DNA of 64,000 nucleotides, from the NCBI GenBank assembly GCA_037305845.1, contig CP147778.1:1888001-1952000 (forward strand), in the 5' to 3' direction. Numbering within the stretch: the stretch's first letter is position 1; every line of letters begins with the position of its first letter. A program made the position numbers and the translations under genes. This DNA comes from Candidatus Freyarchaeum deiterrae. Its GTDB lineage: Archaea; Asgardarchaeota; Jordiarchaeia; Jordiarchaeales; Jordiarchaeaceae. Below the pieces are notes generated by a model. The model was not told where the DNA came from and ran no database searches. It worked only from the letters and a program-made list of their open reading frames with translations. Below, piece by piece: positions 28,073-37,079 of this stretch.

Positions 28073-30576
28073 TAACTGAAGTAAAACTGAATAACTTTAT
28101 GTCCTACGCCAGCACTTCAGTACCTCTTTCCCCTAATTTTAATGTGATATTGGGCAGAAATGGAGCAGGAAAAACCACTATCATATCCGCGATCAAAATT
28201 GCTCTAGGCTCCTTAGCAAGAGAAAGACATAGGCTGCTGGACCAATATATACGTCATGGACAGAAGGTTGCCAGAATATCTATCGCAATAGAAAACAAAA
28301 ATAGCGATGGTGAACGAATATTCCCAGATTTGGAGGACAATAAAGTTGAAATTACACGTATCCTTCGTAAGGGTAAGCAATCACTCTTCAGATTAAACGA
28401 CAAACCCATTCAATTACATAACTTAAAGTCATTACTCTATAATGCTGGAATAAATCCTGACAATCCACTAGTAACCATTCCTCAAGGTCAAGTAAACGAC
28501 CTAATCAAAGCAAAACCAAACGAAAGAGCGCACTTCATGATAGAGGCATTAGGGTTGGGTTCAGCTCTAAACAGAATCGAAGAAAGTAAAGAAAAACTTG
28601 AGGAGAATAAGGTTAATCTCAAGGGTTTGAGCACCAAATTGGTGGACGCCAGAAAGGAACTCAAGCTCCGAAAGAATAGAAAAGAAAAATACTTGGAAAA
28701 AATCGAACTGGAGAAAACAAAGATTAAATTAGAAGCCATGTACGTTTTCTCCCAAAAATTTCAGAAAGATAGAGAGCTTTCCGATGCGGTTGAAAAGTTT
28801 GAGAAATTAAATATTGAAACTCATGATCTCACTTTGTCTCTTGAAAAAAATGAAAATGAATATCCTTCTATTGCTAAAAATATTTCAGAGCTTGACTTAA
28901 TGGAGGAAAATTCATCAAGTGAGAGGGAGGAAATCTACAGAAAAAAATTACAACTTTCCGAGGAAAAATTAAGATTACAGCCCGACGTAAATGTCTTAAA
29001 AGATGATTACAAAACCTCAACGTCGAAAACATATTCTAACCTCACCAAAGTGAAGCGGATAATACAATCACTCGACATTAAAGGCGAAATAATCGGACCT
29101 ATAGCCGAACAATTGAAAATCAAAGATTCAAGATACAACTTGGCAATAGAATCCGCTCTCGGAAGAAGAGTTATGGAAGGCTTTGTTACCACTAACCGTC
29201 AGGATTGCATTCTCCTACACGATAAACTAATTTCAAAGGGAATTAGATCCCGCATTTATTGCATAACGGATGAGTACCAAAAACCATCCATAAAGAAACC
29301 CGTTTTTCAAGGCTCGGGCATAATCGACTGGGCTGCAAATATGGTAACGGTTCCTGAAGTACTACGCCCAATAGTCGAGGAAACTCTTTCAAGATATCTC
29401 ATAGTAGATAATCTAGAAAACGGAATGGTTCACGCTAAAATGTACAAAATACCCGTGGTAACCCTCAATGGCACGAGAATCACCTATTCCTCAGCAGGAT
29501 ACTTCGACATCGACATCCCCCCGCAGTTTTCCATTATCGAATCCATTAAGCGCTATACCCCTGAAACAGAAGGAAACCGAGCACAAGGGGAGTTGGAAAA
29601 ATCAACAAAAAAATTAAAGGAACTGACTGAGAAAATACAAGAATTAGAACAGAGAGAGAAGGAAATCATTAAAAACCGCTTAGATTTAAAACACGAAAGA
29701 GATTCCCTAACCGACAAGCGTGAATCTCTAACCAAAAAGATCACGGAGGCGAAGGTTCGCCTTAAAACCCTGAACGAAAATTTGCAATTCTACCGAAGCC
29801 TTTCAAATTCGCTGCGTGAGGAAGTAAAAGAGCTAGAACCCAAAATCGAATTAATAGATCCGACACTTCGCCCCTCGGAAGAAGAAATTTTGCCTTTACC
29901 CAAACTAAATCAGAAAATTACACGAATTGAAGCAAAATTAGAGGTGCTTACAGATTACTCGGAGGAGGATCTGAAATCCTTCGAGGAGTATGAGAAGATA
30001 GTAAAAGGCATAGAAGAGCAAAGAAAAAAATTGGGAGAGGAACAGGAGATTCTACTTGATACTCTAAACAAGGAGCAATCAAAACTTTTCGAAGAGCTTC
30101 AGACCCTAATGATCAAATTCAATGAAAACTTCGAAAAACTTCTTGGTGAAGTAGGCGGAAAGGGATTCGTAGAACTGAAACAAGAGAATGAACAGACGAA
30201 CCTTTATCTCTTCTCCAGCTTTAGAGAAGATAAACCCTCTTCAGTTGATATGGGGGAACACTCCGGTGGGGAGAAAAACGTGACCACGATGGCCTTCTTA
30301 CTAGCTCTTCAGAGAGTTCATCCCTCACCATTTTACCTTTTTGACGAATTCTCAATTCATTTTGATCCTGCAAATAAAGAGGCGGTATCCAAGATGATCA
30401 GATCCTGCTCCACCCGTTCCCAGTACATTGTTGTTACTCCCCTCCGATTAGGTATAGCAGAACAAGCAGACCACGTGATAGGAGTTTTTCGAGATGTTGA
30501 AGGAAAATCCAGAATAGAGGTCCTGCGAAAACAAGACTTTGAAAAAGAGTTGGAACTTCATGAAGAAAACTTCTGA
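28069..30576 (+). CDS. smc: SMC-family ATPase, SMC5/6-related, short arms (835 aa)
   Basis: NFMSY, GRNGAGKT, PQG Q-loop, hinge IIGPIA...YNLAIESALG, HSGGE signature, LLALQ...PFYLFDEF..HFDP. Confidence 0.9.
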   Translation: MITEVKLNNFMSYASTSVPLSPNFNVILGRNGAGKTTIISAIKIALGSLARERHRLLDQYIRHGQKVARISIAIENKNSDGERIFPDLEDNKVEITRILRKGKQSLFRLNDKPIQLHNLKSLLYNAGINPDNPLVTIPQGQVNDLIKAKPNERAHFMIEALGLGSALNRIEESKEKLEENKVNLKGLSTKLVDARKELKLRKNRKEKYLEKIELEKTKIKLEAMYVFSQKFQKDRELSDAVEKFEKLNIETHDLTLSLEKNENEYPSIAKNISELDLMEENSSSEREEIYRKKLQLSEEKLRLQPDVNVLKDDYKTSTSKTYSNLTKVKRIIQSLDIKGEIIGPIAEQLKIKDSRYNLAIESALGRRVMEGFVTTNRQDCILLHDKLISKGIRSRIYCITDEYQKPSIKKPVFQGSGIIDWAANMVTVPEVLRPIVEETLSRYLIVDNLENGMVHAKMYKIPVVTLNGTRITYSSAGYFDIDIPPQFSIIESIKRYTPETEGNRAQGELEKSTKKLKELTEKIQELEQREKEIIKNRLDLKHERDSLTDKRESLTKKITEAKVRLKTLNENLQFYRSLSNSLREEVKELEPKIELIDPTLRPSEEEILPLPKLNQKITRIEAKLEVLTDYSEEDLKSFEEYEKIVKGIEEQRKKLGEEQEILLDTLNKEQSKLFEELQTLMIKFNENFEKLLGEVGGKGFVELKQENEQTNLYLFSSFREDKPSSVDMGEHSGGEKNVTTMAFLLALQRVHPSPFYLFDEFSIHFDPANKEAVSKMIRSCSTRSQYIVVTPLRLGIAEQADHVIGVFRDVEGKSRIEVLRKQDFEKELELHEENF

Positions 30577-31195
30577 AATCATTAAAGAGTGTATGCAGGC
30601 GCTAAGAGGCGACACCAATCCCTTCAATATCCCTATTTACGAATATGCGGTCGATCTTCAAGAAAATCTTTCCCAAGTGAATTTAAATAACATAACAGAA
30701 CACTCTGAGGCATTGCATAACTTAGTCATGGTTCATGAAAAAAAGATTAGCGAAGCATACAGACTACTATCCCCCGATTTTCCAACCAATAAAAACCTCA
30801 AAGATAAGTTCCAAAAACTCGACATAAACTCTCTCTCAAACCTCATTAACCTGCATCCTATAGTAAAATTAAACATCATTACTACGGCTGGACTGCTTTA
30901 CTCACTTGCCTTTCTACAGGGACGTGAATACGCTCCCTTAGTTTTTCCACAAGAGGAAAAGGTTGAGGTGAAAGCAGACGTATCAAACTTTTATGATGAA
31001 CCACCTTTTATGAATATTGTGAAAAATTTCCTAAACACCCTGCAAAATTCAAACAAAACTGAAATGTTCAAGATTATTCGCGGCAATACCTGGGAAGAAA
31101 CCGTTCGAAAATTTATGGCCTTCACCTTCCTCCTCGACGGAAAAAAAATTAAGATTATATCCGAAGGGGACAAAAAATTCATTGAGGCGATTTAA
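30560..31195 (+). CDS. Kleisin (ScpA/Nse4-like) candidate
   Basis: NPFNIPI N-terminal motif, C-terminal winged-helix VRKFMAFTFLL..KKI. Overlaps the smc end. Confidence 0.6.
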   Translation: MKKTSEIIKECMQALRGDTNPFNIPIYEYAVDLQENLSQVNLNNITEHSEALHNLVMVHEKKISEAYRLLSPDFPTNKNLKDKFQKLDINSLSNLINLHPIVKLNIITTAGLLYSLAFLQGREYAPLVFPQEEKVEVKADVSNFYDEPPFMNIVKNFLNTLQNSNKTEMFKIIRGNTWEETVRKFMAFTFLLDGKKIKIISEGDKKFIEAI

Positions 31196-31196
31196 C

Positions 31197-31700
31197 ATGT
31201 CAACGGAACTCCAATTACTATCCCTACTACTAATTCTAACCCATGGAAAAAAGCCAGGAATCACCTCAGAAGAACTACGAGCAATCTTCCTAACCGAAGA
31301 GGAAGACGAATCCAACCTGCACAACCTGATGAATACACTACAGGATAAACTAAACGAAATAGGTCTACAATTAAAATACGTTCCAACAGAGAAAAGATGG
31401 ATAATAACAGTAAACGATTTAGGCTCCACCCTAGTACCCAGCTTTCTAATCGACAGATCCGTAACAGCCACCCTAGCAGTAATCCTCTCTTTAATTCTAG
31501 AAAAAGGCGCCCCCATAGAAAAGGAAGAACTAAAATTTCTTAAAGAGAAAATGAGTGAAGAACAACTCCAAAAAAACCTCAAAACACTAGAAGAAAATGG
31601 TTACATAGGAATTGAAAAAAACATAATAACACTGAAAAACCGTATAATATACGAAGTAGATTTAGACGAGTTCAGGAAAAAAATATCAGAAATAAAATAA
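31197..31700 (+). CDS. Kite (ScpB/Nse1/3-like) tandem winged-helix candidate
   Basis: Two winged-helix-like halves (GITSEEL...LQDKLNEIGLQL; ATLAVIL...LKTLEENGYI). Follows the kleisin gene. Confidence 0.6.
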   Translation: MSTELQLLSLLLILTHGKKPGITSEELRAIFLTEEEDESNLHNLMNTLQDKLNEIGLQLKYVPTEKRWIITVNDLGSTLVPSFLIDRSVTATLAVILSLILEKGAPIEKEELKFLKEKMSEEQLQKNLKTLEENGYIGIEKNIITLKNRIIYEVDLDEFRKKISEIK

Positions 31701-32026
31701 AATTAATCAGTCACTCAATACGCTCTTCTTTTACAGGTTTTTGAGCAAGCTCCAATCCCTTATTATGGAATTCTTTTAAACTAGCCATAATCACAAGTAA
31801 AAACTAAAATAAAATTTGAAATTGAAAAACTCCTAAAATTTTTGATTCTCCGAAAAAGCATACACCCATCATAAAACTACTCAAATATAATTAAATAGGC
31901 AATCAATCTATATAACATGACACTTGATTCTTAATTTCAACATCAAATTTTAATTCTCAAAAATAGGAATTTATTTAAATTCGTTTAGTTAAAAATTAAA
32001 ACACGCATAATAAGAGGAAAGATGCC

Positions 32027-32677
32027 ATGAGTATTGACCTAAATGAAAGCAAGGAGAGGATGGTCCTAGAAATAATACAAGACCACATAAGAAAAATACT
32101 ATCCGCAGTAAAAGAACTAGCCCCCTTCCTAGAAGCATGGCTAAACGAGAACGAAAACGAAATGGATGAACTACTATCAAAAATCTCACAATCAGAAAAA
32201 GAAGCCGACGAAATAAAACTAACACTACTAGACGAACTCTCCGTAGCGGCAACACTAATCCAGAGAGAAGACATGATGCGACTAGTCCTAACAGCAGACG
32301 AAATCGCCGACTACGCTGAAGGAACAGCCTTCAGACTAAAAGGACTAAAAAACTGGAAACCCGAAGGCTACCTAACCGAAGACCTAAGAAACCTCGTGAA
32401 CACCATGATAAACGCCGTAGAAACTCTCCGAGAATCCATATTCACCATAGTAGAAGACGCGCAAAGAGCCCAGAAAGTCGCCGAAGAAGTCGACAAAATA
32501 GAAAGATTTATGGATCAAATCCACAGAGCCACCGAACAATCCCTATTCGAACTAGATATAGATTATAAAACACTAATACGCCTACTAAACATAGTGACCA
32601 GTCTGGAAGATGCAGTGGACACCGCAGGAAAGGCTGCGGATGCAGTACGCATAATCGCCGTAGCAAGACTAGGCTAG
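32027..32677 (+). CDS. DUF47/PhoU-like phosphate transport regulator
   Basis: EKEADEIK, REDMMRL, DEIAD.AE motifs. Confidence 0.85.
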   Translation: MSIDLNESKERMVLEIIQDHIRKILSAVKELAPFLEAWLNENENEMDELLSKISQSEKEADEIKLTLLDELSVAATLIQREDMMRLVLTADEIADYAEGTAFRLKGLKNWKPEGYLTEDLRNLVNTMINAVETLRESIFTIVEDAQRAQKVAEEVDKIERFMDQIHRATEQSLFELDIDYKTLIRLLNIVTSLEDAVDTAGKAADAVRIIAVARLG

Positions 32678-32678
32678 A

Positions 32679-33314
32679 TTGGATAGATTAGACAAAAACA
32701 CGCAAGCAAACAAAAAAAACGAGGATGAGTTAGTGGAAACCACAGAAGAAACTCCAACTCCGAGAAAAAAAAGAGCGGAACTAATACCCGGAAACAGAGT
32801 AATCGTATGGAACCCAGAAGAAGGTTCCCAACTCTACGCCGAAAAATTCTACGGGCAGCCCCTAGGCATAAGAAAACCAAAATCTCCCCAATTCACACGC
32901 CCACTTGAACTATCCCTACAGGAAGCTCTATACCTACTTGAAAAAGAAAAAATCGAACTCACAGATGCCGCAGATGGCCACGCAGTAACCAGAGACGAAC
33001 TGGAAAAAAGGGCAGAACAAAACTACATAGACTTCAAAACAAAATATACCGTATATAGAGACCTTCGAGAAAGAGGAAAAATAGTCAGACCAGGACTCAA
33101 ATTCGGAGCAGACTTCTCAATCTACGAACACGGACCGGGAATAGACCACGCCCCACTTATAGTGTCAGTAGTACCCCAAGGCACCCAACTCAGCGCAATA
33201 GAAACAGTAAGAGCAGGACGACTCGCAACAAGCGTCAGAAAAAAATTCGTAGTTGCAACAGTAGGACCGACAGGAGAACCAAGATACTACATGTTCGCAT
33301 GGCATAAACCCTAA
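32679..33314 (+). CDS. endA: tRNA-splicing endonuclease catalytic subunit with crenarchaea-type specificity loop
   Basis: LSLQEALYL, VYRDLRERG.IVRPGLKFGADF..Y, GPGIDHA, RLATSVRKK (Y/H/K triad). FYGQPLGIRKPK loop. Confidence 0.95.
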   Translation: MDRLDKNTQANKKNEDELVETTEETPTPRKKRAELIPGNRVIVWNPEEGSQLYAEKFYGQPLGIRKPKSPQFTRPLELSLQEALYLLEKEKIELTDAADGHAVTRDELEKRAEQNYIDFKTKYTVYRDLRERGKIVRPGLKFGADFSIYEHGPGIDHAPLIVSVVPQGTQLSAIETVRAGRLATSVRKKFVVATVGPTGEPRYYMFAWHKP

Positions 33315-33543
33315 ACAAATACATAATTAACTGATAACGAAAATTTTAAAATGTTTTTAAATTAAGCCAGCCTGATACATACTCAAAACCAGAACTTTTT
33401 AAACACCAAAAGCCCACAAGAGGCATTCAAGCAAAGCAGTCCTGAACTATTTTTTTCCGAAATATTTCTCCACTCTTTTATCCCAAAAATATCAAATAAC
33501 CTAAATCACTTTTTATCATAATTGATATAATAACCGAATTCTC

Positions 33544-33558
33544 CGAAAAAATTTTATA
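33544..33558 (+). promoter_or_regulatory. BRE/TATA promoter of tRNA-His
   Basis: CGAAAAAA followed by TTTTATA about 37 nt upstream of the tRNA. Confidence 0.55.
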
Positions 33559-33593
33559 CCCTACATACACGATGTTTTACTCAACAAAAACGT

Positions 33594-33790
33594 GGCCCAA
33601 GTGGGGTAGACACAGTGTGCAATCACACTCTGCCCATTGGTTATCCTAGGGGACTGTGGTTATCTTGAAGCTACTGCTCAACGATAATAGTCATCCCTTG
33701 ACCCGGGCTCGTTAGCCGCTTTGGCTTCGTTTGGGAATTCAATTTGAGGATGATGCTTCGGCAGTTCTCATGAAACTCCCGGCTTGGGCC
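33594..33790 (+). tRNA. tRNA-His(GUG) with four introns (~33610-33637, 33660-33692, 33708-33737, 33744-33776); G-1 encoded, CCA not encoded
   Basis: Spliced product G-GCCCAAGTGGGGTAG/TGGTTATCCTAGGGGACTGTGG/ATCCCTTGACCCGGG/TTCAAT/TCCCGGCTTGGGCC. Acceptor GCCCAAG:CTTGGGC, G-1:C73, anticodon stem GGGGA:TCCCT, T stem CCGGG:CCCGG. BHB-type junctions; intron 1 is relaxed. Confidence 0.93.
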
Positions 33791-33994
33791 CTCAATTTCT
33801 TTTTGGTTAGGCGTTCAGTTTGTTTTTATTGGTTAATTACGGGGGCATTTTAGCTGTAGTTTTTATTGTGAATTTGTTAGGAGAAGAGGTTTTGATGGGT
33901 AAATTTTTGACTGCAGAGATAAAAGGATATTTATAGCGAATTTGTTCATGTTTTATTCAATTTGATTAAACTCAAAGGCGTTTGAGAGGTTTGA

Positions 33995-34762
33995 ATGTTG
34001 CCGTTTTTACTTGTTAGAGATAAGGAGACTTATTATGAGTCGGTGGGTAGGGGTTCGCCGCTGGTTTTTATTCATGGTTCTATGAATAGTCACGTTTCTT
34101 GGGATTCTCAGAAGCCTCTTTCCAAAAAGAACCGTTTAATTTTGTTGGATTTGCCTGGACACGGGAAATCCGACCCACTTGATGAGGATATCTCCGTGGA
34201 GCTTTTAGCGGATTATGTAGCAGAGTTCTTCGGTGGCTTGAATCTTGAGAAAATTGTTGCTGTAGGTCATTCCTTGGGAGGCGCCATTTGTATTCAGCTG
34301 GCTTTAAATTATCCTGAACTTTTGAAAGCGTTGGTTTTGGTAGGTACGGGTGCCAAGTTAGGTGTACTTCCTGACATCCTTAAGGCTTTGAAAACTAATT
34401 TCAAGCAGAGTGTAGAGATGACTATTAGTGGAATGGCTTTTGCTGAGAAGACTGACCCAGAAATTGTTGAGAGGGCGAAGAAAGAGTGTTTGAAGTGTAG
34501 ACCAGAAGTTGCTTACTCGGATTTTGCCGCTTGTAACATCTTTGATGTTAGAGGAAAAATTTCGGAGATTAGTTTTCCAACATTGATTATCGTTGGTATT
34601 GAGGATAAATTAACTCCGGTAAAATGGTCTCTGTATTTGAATGAGAAGATTTCGCATTCCTCACTTAAAATAATTGAGAGCGCTGGTCATTTGGTTATGA
34701 TGGAACAACCGGAAGAACTTAACCAATCTATCCAAGATTTTCTGAGAGCTTTGCAGTACTAG
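33995..34762 (+). CDS. Alpha/beta hydrolase
   Basis: FIHGS, DLPGHG, GHSLGG nucleophile elbow, catalytic D and AGH. Confidence 0.92.
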   Translation: MLPFLLVRDKETYYESVGRGSPLVFIHGSMNSHVSWDSQKPLSKKNRLILLDLPGHGKSDPLDEDISVELLADYVAEFFGGLNLEKIVAVGHSLGGAICIQLALNYPELLKALVLVGTGAKLGVLPDILKALKTNFKQSVEMTISGMAFAEKTDPEIVERAKKECLKCRPEVAYSDFAACNIFDVRGKISEISFPTLIIVGIEDKLTPVKWSLYLNEKISHSSLKIIESAGHLVMMEQPEELNQSIQDFLRALQY

Positions 34763-34890
34763 TTTATTTTACCATATTTTTTCTACTTTTTATAATTCTT
34801 ACATCCTCATCTATTGATATAACTTCCATAAATAAAAAAAGGGTCAGCGGCTTAGTTTAAATAGAAGAATTCGGAAAAGAAGGAGTAACA

Positions 34891-35454
34891 TTGGCTTCAG
34901 ATCTGCGAGATTTCTATAAAAAGGCGGTAAGTGATTTTTTTGGGATGATGACGTCTGAAGATTTTAGTTCAGAGTTTAACACCTTTTTTCAGGAAGCAGA
35001 AAAGAGTATGCACCTTCTTATAAATTCAGCTCCCGATGTAAGCATTCTTAACGAAATTTTGGAGGACGCGTACTCTCTAGCAGAAAGAGTTGCCGTAATG
35101 AATCCTTCGATTGAGAAGAAATTGAAACACATCAAAGATAAACATGAAGAACTGATAAACAATGCCGTAAATAAAACCTTAATTCAAAGCGAGGAAAAAA
35201 GACTTGACAAAAAGGCTACAACTGAAGATTTAGTATGCCCAGGGTGCAATAAGCCGGTGTCTAGAGATGCAGAGTTTTGCCCTTACTGCGGAACAGAGTT
35301 GGTTAGATGCATGGTTTGTAACTCAGTTATCGGCTTAAACCAAGAACTTATAATATGTCCAAAATGTGGGGGATCAGCGCACTTGAGCTGCATATCAAAA
35401 GATAATGAAAAATGTCCTAAATGCGGAAACCCACTTAATGAGTACAAAATATAA
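34891..35454 (+). CDS. Helical domain plus zinc ribbon and RING-like Cys/His cluster
   Basis: CPGC...CPYC; CMVC...CPKC..AHLSC...CPKC. Confidence 0.7.
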   Translation: MASDLRDFYKKAVSDFFGMMTSEDFSSEFNTFFQEAEKSMHLLINSAPDVSILNEILEDAYSLAERVAVMNPSIEKKLKHIKDKHEELINNAVNKTLIQSEEKRLDKKATTEDLVCPGCNKPVSRDAEFCPYCGTELVRCMVCNSVIGLNQELIICPKCGGSAHLSCISKDNEKCPKCGNPLNEYKI

Positions 35455-35549
35455 TCACTCGACAATTCTCCAAAAATTTTCTTTCTCATCAATTAATCAT
35501 ATTACTAAATTAATACTTAGCAACTTTTTTAAATTAAGACCCCTATGAA

Positions 35550-35735
35550 TTGCTAGACTATTTCCAAGGAAGTTTAAGCGCTATGCAGAACGGCTATGTT
35601 AACCTTAACTGTTGTGATGAATGCTTCATGATTGAAACCTGCTATGACCACGAGGCATGTTGTTCCCTTTGTGAATTTTATGTGACAGGAGAATGTGCTT
35701 TAGCCGAAGAACTCCTATGGGTGGAACTTGAGTAA
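35550..35735 (+). CDS. Small acidic Cys-rich protein
   Basis: CCDEC...C...CCSLC...C. Short; start uncertain. Confidence 0.45.
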   Translation: MLDYFQGSLSAMQNGYVNLNCCDECFMIETCYDHEACCSLCEFYVTGECALAEELLWVELE

Positions 35736-35999
35736 ATTCTCTCCAATCTCTAAAAAAAAGAGACATTTAAAATTTACATCTTTTGTATCAAACTGTAGCT
35801 TCTAGGTCTTCAGGCTAATTTCTATAAAATAGAAAAAATTGGTATCTAAATACAGATGTCAAACTCCCGCAATTTGCAACCTAGTCTGCTTCTTATTCAT
35901 TACCGACTACAGCTACGTGAAATAATTTATCTATTTTTCAACTAACGAGGATTAGTGTAGTGTTGTAAAACTACTTTTTAGTATGTTTCATCTAGTTCT

Positions 36000-36677
36000 C
36001 TATATCCTTTCTTCCTGAGTTTTTTTCCCCTCTTTGGTGCCTGGGACCTTAATCATATCTTCCAATCCCAGAGCTCTGAGTGCTTCAAAAATGGCTCCCT
36101 TCTCATCACCCGAAATTTCTTCTTGGGTTTCTTGCTGGGATGACGCTTGAATTTCAGAACCTCGAGGTCTAGCAGCAACTTCTGATGTTGCGGCAGGCCT
36201 TTGCGGTCGAACAGCGGTAGTTGCAGTAACCGGTTTCGGTTGCGGTGTTGGCATAGTTGTTGCTGCAGGTATTCTAGGTGCAGGTGGAACTTCGGGTGTA
36301 ACTCCTAATATCTCTGAAATCAATTTAGCATATCTTCGCAGAACACCTAGGTGAAGGCCTAGTTGTGTGGTATCCTTACTGGCGGCTACCAACATGTGAT
36401 TCGGACCAGCTCTAGTAAGTAAAATATGCCCAAAGTCTCCCCTAATGATTATGTCCGACAAATTTCCATAATTTAACTGCATGGAAGCCATCTCACCAGT
36501 ACTAATCATAGCCGCTGAGGCAGCGGACAGCATGTCCGCATCAACTGAAGCTGAAGCTGAACTGGCAATCCTTACTCCGTCACGAGTTATTACAGCGAGT
36601 CCTTCAAGTTTTGTGGTATCCTCTATTTTTTGTAGCATTATTCTGATTTTTTCAGATTTTTGTTCACTAATGGTCAT
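36000..36677 (-). CDS. Roadblock/LC7-domain protein with Pro/Thr-rich linker and acidic tail
   Basis: AVITRDGVRIAS...LSAASAAM...GNLSDIIIRG..G.ILL. Confidence 0.9.
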   Translation of the reverse strand: MTISEQKSEKIRIMLQKIEDTTKLEGLAVITRDGVRIASSASASVDADMLSAASAAMISTGEMASMQLNYGNLSDIIIRGDFGHILLTRAGPNHMLVAASKDTTQLGLHLGVLRRYAKLISEILGVTPEVPPAPRIPAATTMPTPQPKPVTATTAVRPQRPAATSEVAARPRGSEIQASSQQETQEEISGDEKGAIFEALRALGLEDMIKVPGTKEGKKTQEERI

Positions 36678-37079
36678 TTTTCTGCACCATGAATTGTAAT
36701 TCGCTATTTAACTTATTTGAGTGTAAGGTATTAAATATTCTTTTTGCAATATGCAATTAGCTATTTATATTATTTATTTATAATCATATTGAATTCATTT
36801 TTATTAACTTCTTTTGAAAAAATAGGTCTTGAGAGGAGACTCACCCCTTTCTACACAAAATATACAAAGCAAAAGCCGAGCCAAGCAACCAAACCGCAAC
36901 TCCAATCTGAGGCTCTACGCTTGCAATCAGAGAAGTTTAAAGATCCTGTCAAACAATTTTTGTTGATTAGTTTCGGTTGGGTGTCCCCCCTTTTCATTTG
37001 TGTTTTTAAAAGTATATTTTTTGTGGGGTTTAAATACTCAAAATAGTAAAGAAAAATAAACGACTAGGAATGGTTTAAA

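Noticed and set aside
28069-31700. Wadjet (JetABCD) defence system
   Set aside because: No JetD/Toprim nuclease, different gene order, and the SMC has an Smc5/6-like hinge.
36744-37046. 100-aa ORF upstream of cdc6
   Set aside because: Low-complexity translation of AT-rich promoter DNA with no recognisable motif.
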